A DNA stretch of 51,893 nucleotides, taken from positions 1 through 51,893 of the IMG/VR virus record IMGVR_UViG_3300050019_000211; one strand, written 5' to 3'. This stretch comes from a virus. Lineage: Duplodnaviria > Caudoviricetes. A program made the translations under genes and the position numbers. The notes beneath the pieces are model-generated. The model made no database searches and was not told the DNA's origin. It was given only the letters and a program-made list of their open reading frames with translations. Below, one piece after another: positions 1 to 7,696 of the stretch. How positions within the stretch are numbered: position 1 is the first letter of the stretch; each line of letters starts with the position of its first letter.

Positions 1-613
1 TGGTTGGCTTTTGCGTCGGGTGCAGCCCACATTGGCTTGAGTGTTTTGCGAACGTCTGGATGCTCTTTGGGAATTTCATGCCGGATAGGTCATCGGCCAC
101 GCGGTTGATTGTTCCGCGTGTCTCGGCTGTGTTTGTCGCCGACCTTCCTTGAGCGTGATTTTTAGCACCCGGCACTTTTTGCGGATTGTAGGTTGTCTGA
201 CCTTCACCGAAAACCAGCACCGATTCATGGCACTTGAGCGGTTGCTTATTTGCGATGGCGAAGTTCGCGGCGTTCACCTTATCCCAAATCCATTCGCACC
301 GAAACCAGAGCGGGTTGCTCATCACGAGCGCGGACGTGAACGGCTGGCTTGCCGTCAGGACGATTGCCCCATTTGGTTTGAGCAGCCGCTTCCATTCAGA
401 CCACAGAAGCGCGAACGGGATTACCGCGTCCCACTTGCAGGCCGTTGTCCCGTATGGCAGATCGCTAATTATAGCGTCCACCGATTGCGCGGGCATCGTC
501 GGCATTTCGATTAGGCAGTCAGCGTTCACGATCTTGGGGTCTAACAAATCGCTGGAACACAACGGCGGGATCGCCGGTGGTTCGGGCATTGTCTGTGTTG
601 TTTCGAGCGTCAT
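1..613 (-). CDS. DNA N6-adenine/N4-cytosine methyltransferase, 3' end truncated by the window edge; integron cassette gene
   Basis: Not in the ORF track. Manual translation from ATG at 613: MTLETTQTMPEPPAIPPLCSSDLLDPKIVNADCLIEMPTMPAQSVDAIISDLPYGTTACKWD...EWIWDK...HESVLVF...LHPTQKPT. DLPY catalytic motif and HPTQKP motif are typical of beta-class MTases. Confidence 0.9.
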   Translation of the reverse strand, partial: MTLETTQTMPEPPAIPPLCSSDLLDPKIVNADCLIEMPTMPAQSVDAIISDLPYGTTACKWDAVIPFALLWSEWKRLLKPNGAIVLTASQPFTSALVMSNPLWFRCEWIWDKVNAANFAIANKQPLKCHESVLVFGEGQTTYNPQKVPGAKNHAQGRSATNTAETRGTINRVADDLSGMKFPKSIQTFAKHSSQCGLHPTQKPT

Positions 614-648
614 ATTATTCGCCGCCGTGGTTCAGCTTGTCGTTAGCC
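539..648 (+). other. attC site L1 (left array)
   Basis: R'' GTCTAAC 539-545, spacer AAATC, arm GCTGGAACACAACGGCGG pairing with CCGCCGTGGTTCAGC, R' GTTAGCC 642-648; unpaired extra bases on the left arm. Confidence 0.88.
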
Positions 649-1361
649 TGCTTGACCTGGGCGAGCAGGTAGCGCCCTATGTATTCGGTATATGCCGGCG
701 GAATTGCCTGACACATTTCGTCGCGGTTCATCCAGTCTATCTTCATCGCCGCCGCCGCTTCCTTGCGGTAGAGCATCCGGTGTTTTCCCGTGTGTCCACC
801 GTGCCCATACACGCCGACCGCCGGGCCGCGATGGTTGCACGCCGGTTGCGGCAGCGAAAACGATGTCTCGAAAATTCGGTGACGCCGCAGGAATCCGTGA
901 TCTACGCCGAGCCCGAACATTGACCCGCACAGCACGACGCCATTATTGCCGAACAGGTCGGAGTATTTTTGAAGCGGTGCGCCTTCGACATTCTCGATGA
1001 CATAGGGTTTTCCGAAGCGTTTGAGCAGCGCCCGCACCGGCTCAATCAGTAGCGGATATTTCTTTCCGGGATGCATCGCTTTTAGGTTTGAGTAACCCTG
1101 GCACGGCGGGCTGGCGTGGATTGCGTCAAATTCGTCCCCATGCGCTTCGAGATATTCGAGCGCGTCACCGAGGATGAAGCGGTGCGGGTTATTCGGTTGC
1201 GCTTCGATGTCCACGCCAGTCACATCGAATCCGGCCCGCCGGTATCCTTCGCCCGCGCCACCAGCACAGCAAAACAAGTCCAAAAGACGCAGGCTAACAA
1301 AACGCTGCTGCGAATGCGCGGTAACGCCTTGGGTCAATTCGGATGTCAGTTGGTCGCGCAT
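615..1361 (-). CDS. DNA C5-cytosine methyltransferase (phage type); cassette gene
   Basis: LLDLFCCAGG (motif I), HASPPCQ (motif IV, catalytic PC), VIENV (motif VI), C-terminal AIPPAYTEYIG. Confidence 0.92.
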   Translation of the reverse strand: MRDQLTSELTQGVTAHSQQRFVSLRLLDLFCCAGGAGEGYRRAGFDVTGVDIEAQPNNPHRFILGDALEYLEAHGDEFDAIHASPPCQGYSNLKAMHPGKKYPLLIEPVRALLKRFGKPYVIENVEGAPLQKYSDLFGNNGVVLCGSMFGLGVDHGFLRRHRIFETSFSLPQPACNHRGPAVGVYGHGGHTGKHRMLYRKEAAAAMKIDWMNRDEMCQAIPPAYTEYIGRYLLAQVKQANDKLNHGGE

Positions 1362-1381
1362 CGCAGAGCTAATCGTTCTCC
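1292..1381 (+). other. attC site L2
   Basis: R'' GGCTAAC 1292-1298 is the exact reverse complement of the preceding R' GTTAGCC. Arm GCT(G)CTGCGA(A)TGCGCG pairs with CGCGCATCGCAGAGC with two extrahelical bases. R' GTTCTCC 1375-1381. Confidence 0.92.
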
Positions 1382-2085
1382 ATCCTTCGCGCCTTCATGC
1401 GTTTTCTGAACGCCAGACGTTTACCATTGGAGTGGAGAGCGGAATACATATTTTGGTGCGTCCGGTAGTGGCTTGGCACATTGGCATGGATCTCTTTCCA
1501 CGTCGCCTTTTGGTGATCGGCTCTATATTCATCCACAGCGGCCTGCACCCATTGAGCAATGCCGACACCTTTCTGGCACGGCAGACCTCCGGGCGTTGTA
1601 TCGCCGGCACGTTCGTATTGTTCGAGCGCATCGAGTAAGATTTTCCGATGGTAGTTATCTGGGTTTTGTAACTGCGGTTGCACAAGTTCGGTTACGACAT
1701 TTTCTGTGACGAGCCACAGTCCGATTTTGTGTTCACGACACCATGCTAGACCTTCCTCGCGTGGTCGTGTGCCGACGATTGCCACAAGCAGGTCAGCCGA
1801 GAGATTCCACCGGATTTGATGCTTGAGTTTTTTTGTAAGTCCGGTTTTCGATTCCATCGCCAGCACTTGTCCGCTGCGTTCAGCCACGGCGTCTATCGGG
1901 CGCGACCATTGCCAAACTTCACACACCACGCGCCAGCCATCGTCGCGCAGCTTCTTTACTCCGGCGGCACAGATTGGTGCTTCACGGTGGGATGGAGAAC
2001 AAATTTCTGGACACGAATCACCGCCACGCCTCTCCGTTTCGGGAGTCACGGGCGGCATTGAGATTGTCGTGTCGGCGGATGTCAT
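1369..2085 (-). CDS. PD-(D/E)XK nuclease-fold protein (DUF2161-like); cassette gene
   Basis: CEV...RPIDAVA...AMESK motif. Likely start is the ATG at 2085 inside attC L3, not 2217 as in the ORF track. Confidence 0.6.
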   Translation of the reverse strand: MTSADTTISMPPVTPETERRGGDSCPEICSPSHREAPICAAGVKKLRDDGWRVVCEVWQWSRPIDAVAERSGQVLAMESKTGLTKKLKHQIRWNLSADLLVAIVGTRPREEGLAWCREHKIGLWLVTENVVTELVQPQLQNPDNYHRKILLDALEQYERAGDTTPGGLPCQKGVGIAQWVQAAVDEYRADHQKATWKEIHANVPSHYRTHQNMYSALHSNGKRLAFRKRMKARRMEND

Positions 2086-2118
2086 GGTCAGCGGGGATCG
2101 GTCAGCTTTGCGTCGGCC
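1994..2118 (+). other. attC site L3 (R' degenerate)
   Basis: R'' GGAGAAC 1994-2000 is the reverse complement of the preceding R' GTTCTCC. Arm TCTGGACACGAATCACCGC pairs imperfectly with GCGGGGATCGGTCAGC. R' reads GTCGGCC (2112-2118) instead of GTT. Confidence 0.75.
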
Positions 2119-2335
2119 TGCTTCGGTTTCTCCACGTCCTATTACATTTAGTGTTTGAGCATTTATGCGGTCCTTTATGTCCTTGTCGGTATTTGCAAGT
2201 GCAAGGCCATATGCCATGCGTGGAACCGCACGGTTTGCGGTGCTTGTTCTTTAATCCACGGGCAGGCCGGACAACCCGCCGGATCTGTCGCAGGATACGG
2301 CTTGAGGCGAGTTTGGTTGTATTGTTCGTTTTCAT
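2102..2335 (-). CDS. small Cys/His-rich hypothetical protein; cassette gene
   Basis: 77 aa. N-terminus MKTNNTTKLASSRILRQIRRVVR is attC-encoded and nearly identical to those of 10434-10667 and 12537-12818. Confidence 0.7.
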   Translation of the reverse strand: MKTNNTTKLASSRILRQIRRVVRPARGLKNKHRKPCGSTHGIWPCTCKYRQGHKGPHKCSNTKCNRTWRNRSRPTQS

Positions 2336-2369
2336 AAAGTTCAGCGCAGGTCAGCTTGGCCAGTTGTGT
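2266..2369 (+). other. attC site L4 (diverged relative of attC R1/R7)
   Basis: High identity to 10598-10700 (GATACGGCTTGAGGCGAGTTTGGTTGT...TTCATAAAGTTCAGCGCAGGTCAGCTT). R'' reads GCCGGAC; candidate R' GTTGTGT 2363-2369. Confidence 0.75.
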
Positions 2370-2490
2370 TTTTCATTGAAAAAGGCTTGTTTTTGATGAT
2401 TTTGAAAGTAACCTTTAATTAGTTGTCGTTTTACTTATATCAAGGCAATCCAGTCAATTTCAGTCTATTTTAGTCCCGTTTTAGTCCATT
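2370..2490 (-). promoter_or_regulatory. AT-rich intergenic region, candidate leftward promoter with four phased AGTC repeats
   Basis: Minus-strand TTGACT and TTGATA hexamers followed by AT-rich -10-like sequence. (C/T)AGTC recurs at 2451, 2461, 2471 and 2482. Confidence 0.35.
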
Positions 2491-2504
2491 GTGTGTTTGT
2501 GTCA

Positions 2505-2939
2505 TTATGCGGCAACCAGTTCCAACTGTGCGTCTTTTGGGATTGTGGCCGGAGTTGGCATCAGTGCGCCGCCGTTCCTCGCCAGCCACGTCAACGCCAG
2601 ATCCCGCGACCGCAGCCGATATGCCGCCGTCCATCGTTTCTTGGCCCCGCCGTTATCGTTGCGCTTGCGACCTCCAAAAATCCCAAACCGATCATCGCAG
2701 AAATTCATCGGCGGCCTTTCCAAGATTGGCGACTTTCCGCGGGCCAGCCCGTTCCAGGCGTTACTCACCACGCCTTGGCGGTGGTCTGGGCCAACAATGT
2801 CCTCCGGCACGTCGCCGGGCGACACATACGGCTCGCGAAGCGCCAGCAGGACAATAAACCGCATCACGCGCACCGCGAGTTCGTGCTTGTAATGCAGCAC
2901 CGCCCGTTCGGCGTCAAAGGGTGAATCCAATGTCGTCAT
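2505..2939 (-). CDS. hypothetical phage protein
   Basis: 144-aa ORF with ATGA overlap to the upstream gene. Confidence 0.65.
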   Translation of the reverse strand: MTTLDSPFDAERAVLHYKHELAVRVMRFIVLLALREPYVSPGDVPEDIVGPDHRQGVVSNAWNGLARGKSPILERPPMNFCDDRFGIFGGRKRNDNGGAKKRWTAAYRLRSRDLALTWLARNGGALMPTPATIPKDAQLELVAA

Positions 2940-3316
2940 GGTTTGAATTCCAGCGCCGTCTTAATTTGGCGGGCAAATTGGGATGTTAATTCCTCGCCGG
3001 GCGTGCAATACAGGATGCGCCAGCCCAAGACGGCCGCCGCGGTGAGCTTTTCATGTTCCTGCTTGAGCTCCGCCCCGCGCGTGTGCCGCCCCCGCGTCCA
3101 GATGCCGCCCTTCACTTCCACCGCCACGCCGCCGGGGCGAACGCCTTTGTCGAATGTGATGATGACCGCCTCGCGCCCTTCGGTATCAAGGACATGAACT
3201 ATTTTGTTTGGCCAGGCATAATCGAACCGCCGATTCCTCGCGGGATGGAATCGGAACTCCGGCTGGGGTGCCGGGATGCCGAACGATTTCCAGAATGCCG
3301 CGAGCATTGTATTCAT
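2936..3316 (-). CDS. phage PD-(D/E)XK endonuclease (DUF559/Vsr-like)
   Basis: PEFRFHPARNRRFDYAWP...VAVEVKGGIWTRGRHTRG...LGWRIL. Start taken at ATG 3316. Confidence 0.8.
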   Translation of the reverse strand: MNTMLAAFWKSFGIPAPQPEFRFHPARNRRFDYAWPNKIVHVLDTEGREAVIITFDKGVRPGGVAVEVKGGIWTRGRHTRGAELKQEHEKLTAAAVLGWRILYCTPGEELTSQFARQIKTALEFKP

Positions 3317-3357
3317 CGTGCCAGGCCTGGATCGGGCACCACGGGTGATTGCGTTTC

Positions 3358-4350
3358 TCACCGGGAACCTCCCGGCTGGATTTTTGATTTTTTGGTTGTG
3401 GGAAATTCCCGAACTTGAAATTCCGGTGGCCACTCCGCCATTTTTAGCGAGGCGCGACCGGCCACCGACATCTGCTTGTGATAAACCTGGATGCCGGCGC
3501 CTTTCGCAATGGAGATGAGGCTTCGGACGTTCGTTTCGTATGCTTCCCATCCACGGCGATGTTTGCTTGAGTCGCAGCCAATAATAATCCAGTCAATATT
3601 GCTGATGCCCAGGCGGGTCGGCAGCTTTGGAAACGCCCAAAGCGGCTCACAGGAAAGTCCGCGGACGGCGGCGGGAATGTTCATCACATTAGCCACGCGC
3701 CTTTCGTCCAGCGCATTGCCCAAAACACTCGTCAAAACCCAGATGTTTTTGGGCACCCATGGATTCGGCCGGGACAGGTTGGAGTCCGTCCATTCGAAGA
3801 TCCAATCAACCAAGTTTGCGTCGGTTTTGGAATAATGCTGACAAACATGGTTAAGAGCCATGTCCATGCGCTCGTAAAACAGTTCCGGCCATTTCGTCAG
3901 GAGGATCACGTCCACGTTTGGCGCCAGCCGGATTTCATCCAGCGCCGAAACCAGAGTTCCAATTGGCCAGTCCATCCAATCTGAATTAGAATCGGCAAAG
4001 AACCGGATGCGGCGCAATTCTCCCTTGCATAGACCCCTGCCATCGGGTGCATGACAATAATCGGTTGCCATCTTTTCAATCGGCCATGGGCTATGGCATT
4101 GATCACACACGCACATCTTGTTCAACCGCCTTAAATCCGACAGCCCGGTTTTGGTGGGAACAAACAACCGGCCCGCGCCGAACGTCTCAATCTTATCGCC
4201 CACGTGGCCCGGCCAACGTCCGGCGCGCAGCACCCGCGCCGGCGTGTCGAACTTCGCGTAACAATCATCGCCAAGTTCGCAGCCCCGGCAGCCGATGCCC
4301 GGATTGCCCGTCGCATCGCACCAGCCGATGTTGTTTTTAATCTTACTCAT
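3358..4350 (-). CDS. phage Gp37/Gp68 family protein (DUF5131)
   Basis: IGWCDATGNPGIGC..C....CYA, LLTKWPE, NIWVLTSV, LSCEPL, IDWIIIG. Confidence 0.85.
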   Translation of the reverse strand: MSKIKNNIGWCDATGNPGIGCRGCELGDDCYAKFDTPARVLRAGRWPGHVGDKIETFGAGRLFVPTKTGLSDLRRLNKMCVCDQCHSPWPIEKMATDYCHAPDGRGLCKGELRRIRFFADSNSDWMDWPIGTLVSALDEIRLAPNVDVILLTKWPELFYERMDMALNHVCQHYSKTDANLVDWIFEWTDSNLSRPNPWVPKNIWVLTSVLGNALDERRVANVMNIPAAVRGLSCEPLWAFPKLPTRLGISNIDWIIIGCDSSKHRRGWEAYETNVRSLISIAKGAGIQVYHKQMSVAGRASLKMAEWPPEFQVREFPTTKKSKIQPGGSR

Positions 4351-4717
4351 AAATATCGCGCAGGATTTCAATCAGAACGTCGCCGTGGCACGGCTCACCG
4401 GGCTTGCAAAAGCAGGCGATATGATCCGCCTTGGACAATTCCTCGATTTGCGGACGGGTCAACGGCGACCGGCGGCGCAGTTCCCGATACCATTCCGCCG
4501 CCATCGCGTTGTCCTTGATGATCGTGAACCCTGGCTGGCCGGGAGCAGTGGATTGCATCCATAGAAACCCATCCGCGGCCCGTAGTCCGCCGAATTTGAA
4601 CCACCCGCCCACCTTGAAGGGATTGCCGTATTGGGTGCCGCGCGTGATGCAGACCGTGTTGGACGGCAGCTTGGCGCCGCGCGTGCGAGCGCGCTGGATG
4701 CGGATTGGAAGTTTCAT
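4343..4717 (-). CDS. DUF4326 domain protein
   Basis: CITRGTQYGNPF and IACFCKPGEPCHGDVL motifs. Confidence 0.85.
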   Translation of the reverse strand: MKLPIRIQRARTRGAKLPSNTVCITRGTQYGNPFKVGGWFKFGGLRAADGFLWMQSTAPGQPGFTIIKDNAMAAEWYRELRRRSPLTRPQIEELSKADHIACFCKPGEPCHGDVLIEILRDIYE

Positions 4718-4740
4718 ATTGTCATGCGTCAGATTGCCGC

Positions 4741-4881
4741 TCAGTCCTCATAAATTGCCTGGAGAACGGCGCCGGGATTTTCCTCGGCGAACTTTTCCCT
4801 GGCCGCCTCCTTGGTCCAATGTTCCACGGTGGTTTCCAAAATCAGCCCGTCCAACTCGTAAATGACGGTGAATGTTTTCAC
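4741..4881 (-). CDS. small hypothetical protein (46 aa)
   Basis: Manual translation from GTG: MKTFTVIYELDGLILETTVEHWTKEAAREKFAEENPGAVLQAIYED; GTGA overlap with the upstream gene. Confidence 0.55.
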   Translation of the reverse strand: MKTFTVIYELDGLILETTVEHWTKEAAREKFAEENPGAVLQAIYED

Positions 4882-5078
4882 GCCGGAACCTCCGGATTGG
4901 CGAGATATCGCCAGGTCGGAGGCTGATAATCCACCAAGGGCACCGCGCCACTGCTGACAAGATACTCTCGCTCAAACACCTTCCGTCTGGCGGCCATGGT
5001 TGCCTTGATTTGGTGGTCCAATAGTCCGGCAAGCGACAGTCTTGCATTCCTCGCCATTTTGCGTTCGTGCCTTGTCAT
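4878..5078 (-). CDS. hypothetical protein
   Basis: 66-aa ORF co-oriented with the operon. Confidence 0.55.
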   Translation of the reverse strand: MTRHERKMARNARLSLAGLLDHQIKATMAARRKVFEREYLVSSGAVPLVDYQPPTWRYLANPEVPA

Positions 5079-5100
5079 AAAACATTGGCCAAGTGTGGCA

Positions 5101-5859
5101 TCATAACCCGATTTCCTGCCGAACCCATTCCCGCGCCGAGTCCCACACGGTCAGCTTTGGCTTCAGATCCACCGCCATCGTCGCCCGCAAATCCGGCCGC
5201 AAATGGCCGTCCGGGCAGTATTTTGGATTCTGCCGGAGCGCATTGATGGTGTCGGCGATGCTGATGGAAAAGTATTCCTTTATTTTTTCCGGCGGCTCGG
5301 GCGGCACATGCGCCGTTTGCTGTTCCCGCGCTTCCTTGTCAATCACGCCGGCACCCAGCAGCGCTTCCTTGTAAAACCCAGCCACATCGGAGATTAGCGT
5401 AAAGGGTTCCTGGCGACCCGCTACCCTCATGTGCCAAAGGACCTGTTCATGTGACACACGCAGTCCTTTGGGCGTAATGAACAGGTGCTTGTCCTGTTCG
5501 TATAAATCTAACGTTAGTTTTTTGCCGGGCAGCATTTCGGTGTATTCCTTGAAATAAATGCCGGCTTGGCGGGCGTGCTCCGAGCCGGTGACAAACTGCT
5601 CAGCGCCAGTCTTGATGTCGCCAGAAAATTCATCCACGTGGCCGAGCGCACTGGCGAGGTGCCCACGCGTCAGCTGCGCCCTGTCCGGGTTGGCCGCTAA
5701 AAACGCCGCCCTCGGAGTTAATGCCCCGGTCTGGGGCGGCGGTGCGGTAGACTCCTCGCCGCCGGCGACAGGTTCGGAAAGTCTCGCGTTTGCCATCCGC
5801 AATTCCTCGGAGGTCATTGGGCTTGTAACTAATGTTGTTTTGTGAGTGTGTTTGGTCAT
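5101..5859 (-). CDS. hypothetical phage protein
   Basis: 252-aa ORF with ATGA overlap to 5856-6494. Confidence 0.7.
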   Translation of the reverse strand: MTKHTHKTTLVTSPMTSEELRMANARLSEPVAGGEESTAPPPQTGALTPRAAFLAANPDRAQLTRGHLASALGHVDEFSGDIKTGAEQFVTGSEHARQAGIYFKEYTEMLPGKKLTLDLYEQDKHLFITPKGLRVSHEQVLWHMRVAGRQEPFTLISDVAGFYKEALLGAGVIDKEAREQQTAHVPPEPPEKIKEYFSISIADTINALRQNPKYCPDGHLRPDLRATMAVDLKPKLTVWDSAREWVRQEIGL

Positions 5860-6494
5860 AATTTTCCTGTTTTTAATTGTTTCATCCGGCTGTTGCGCAT
5901 GTTGGCGCAGGCAGCTTCATCCCGCTGTCCTTTACGCGGCGGCAGGCCGAAGAATTTTTGCATCTCCTTCACCTGCTTCGTCACCGCCGCCTTGGAGCAT
6001 CCAATCTGGCGCGCAAACTTCGCAGCATTTCGGTGCCCGGTGATGTCGTCCAGCAGCGGCTCATCCCAGACAGTCAGCAGCGCATACATGGCTGTGGTCG
6101 GGTTGCATTGGAACGCCTTGGATAGGATTTTAATGATGGCCGCCTGCCATCTAGGCGAGTCCAGCGACGGCGACCGGCTGTGCCCGGCCAGCATCCCGTT
6201 CTCCGCGAGTTCGTCCAGCATTTCCTCAATGATCATCCGGGCGCGCACCGCGCCGCCAACGCCACTCGGACCGGCAATGTACGGACCGAAATGCAATACC
6301 AGCCGGTCCACCTGTTCCGAGAACGCGCTGTCCCCGAGCAGCGCCGTGGCGGCCTCCATCTGCTCGTGGTGATGGCCAACGCCTGTCAGGGCCGCCGGGT
6401 GTTCGCCCGGCGGCAATTCCCGGTGCGATTCCTCCGGCTCGCAAAACGGTTCAACCGCGTAACCCATCGGATTGGTTGCTGTTTTTATGTTCAT
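5856..6494 (-). CDS. hypothetical protein with C-terminal HTH-like segment
   Basis: NAAKFARQIGCSKAAVTKQVKE resembles a helix-turn-helix. Confidence 0.65.
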   Translation of the reverse strand: MNIKTATNPMGYAVEPFCEPEESHRELPPGEHPAALTGVGHHHEQMEAATALLGDSAFSEQVDRLVLHFGPYIAGPSGVGGAVRARMIIEEMLDELAENGMLAGHSRSPSLDSPRWQAAIIKILSKAFQCNPTTAMYALLTVWDEPLLDDITGHRNAAKFARQIGCSKAAVTKQVKEMQKFFGLPPRKGQRDEAACANMRNSRMKQLKTGKL

Positions 6495-6510
6495 ATTTTA
6501 AGTGAATGTT

Positions 6511-7473
6511 TCAGCGGTTTATTGCCGCGGTCGCGGTAAATTCAACTTTCCAGTCAATGGGTATGCCGCGCTTCATCCATTGGTTTTTTGACCAGTAACG
6601 GTGAAACGAGACCGCCACATTCATGGCTTTTTCGGGCGGGCATTTCTCCGCGGCATAAGCCTTCACCTCGGCCAGTGTTGGCCCGATGGATCCAGGGCGC
6701 CGCTCAATACCCTTTCGCCCCCGATGCGTGCCGTTTTTCCATTGGTTCTGCTCACGCGACCACCGTTTTGACACGTAGGGCAGCCATGCCACCACCACGC
6801 CTCCGCCGTCCCGGCCATCCCGACCGGACCAGTCCTCATAGACGAATTTTGAGAAATCCTCCGGGATGCCGGCGGTCATCGTCATGGCAATGGCCTGCTC
6901 CAGCGTTGGGATCTCACGAAACGGTGGTTCGGTCTGTTCCAGAGTCGCAGAAGAATCACTTTTAACAGTAATGGGGGATGAGACTGGCTTTGACTTAGAT
7001 ACTTCTTCTGACTTTGGTTCTGGTTCTGGTTCTGATTGTGTTGCCGTAACGCAAGGCGTTACGTTGGTCGTTACGTTGGTCGTTACGACTGCTTGTTGTG
7101 TTTTCCTGGTGCTTTGCCGGGCGGCCGTGGCGGCGGCGGTGCGTTCACATTGGGCGCGGTAATTGTCAACGTCCTCGGCATAAATACTCGCGGCTCGTGC
7201 CTGATGCCAGTGCCCGTCCTTGAGTTTGAAGAACAGGTTGTTGTCGAAGATCAAACCTTTTGTTCGGATCCATTCCGTCATCTCGCATTCGCAAAGTCGC
7301 CGCAGGAAATCGTCGTCATTGGGGAGTCCGGCGCAATGCGTGTGGGATCGGTAATGCCAGAGGCACGTCCAGTAAGACCATTTCACCTCGCGCGGCCACC
7401 CCTTTGTGGCCGCCTCAAAATCATTACCGTAATATCTGGCGTAAGCGTCTGGTTTGCTCGAAGTTATTGTCAT
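6511..7473 (-). CDS. putative replication initiator (YdaU/DUF1376-like N-terminus)
   Basis: YARYYGNDFEAATKGW...YWTCLWHY...GLPNDDDFLRRL, low-complexity linker, replisome-organizer-like C-terminus (PTLAEVKAY...FHRYWSKNQW...DWK); next to dnaB. Confidence 0.75.
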   Translation of the reverse strand: MTITSSKPDAYARYYGNDFEAATKGWPREVKWSYWTCLWHYRSHTHCAGLPNDDDFLRRLCECEMTEWIRTKGLIFDNNLFFKLKDGHWHQARAASIYAEDVDNYRAQCERTAAATAARQSTRKTQQAVVTTNVTTNVTPCVTATQSEPEPEPKSEEVSKSKPVSSPITVKSDSSATLEQTEPPFREIPTLEQAIAMTMTAGIPEDFSKFVYEDWSGRDGRDGGGVVVAWLPYVSKRWSREQNQWKNGTHRGRKGIERRPGSIGPTLAEVKAYAAEKCPPEKAMNVAVSFHRYWSKNQWMKRGIPIDWKVEFTATAAINR

Positions 7474-7492
7474 GTAAATCCTGTGTAAATCT

Positions 7493-7696
7493 TTACTCTT
7501 GTTTCAGCTTTTCAGCCTTTTTTATAAATTCATCCACCGGCGTTTCAACGTCCGAGAGCGCCGGCTTGTGGGAGTGGGTAATGGCCAGTTCATCCTCATC
7601 CAATGCAAACGGACAGTCCGCCTCGGCATGGCCCAGTTCACCGCACCGGCCGCACGTCACTAGACAATTAAAAATATTGTTGTTCCCTGTGTTCAT
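7493..7696 (-). CDS. small CCHC zinc-knuckle protein
   Basis: CGRCGELGHAEADC matches C-x2-C-x4-H-x4-C. Confidence 0.65.
   Translation of the reverse strand: MNTGNNNIFNCLVTCGRCGELGHAEADCPFALDEDELAITHSHKPALSDVETPVDEFIKKAEKLKQE

Noticed and set aside
149-923. Plus-strand ORFs 149-514 and 234-923 as sense cassette genes
   Set aside because: The minus strand encodes clear MTases here; the plus ORFs have no motifs.
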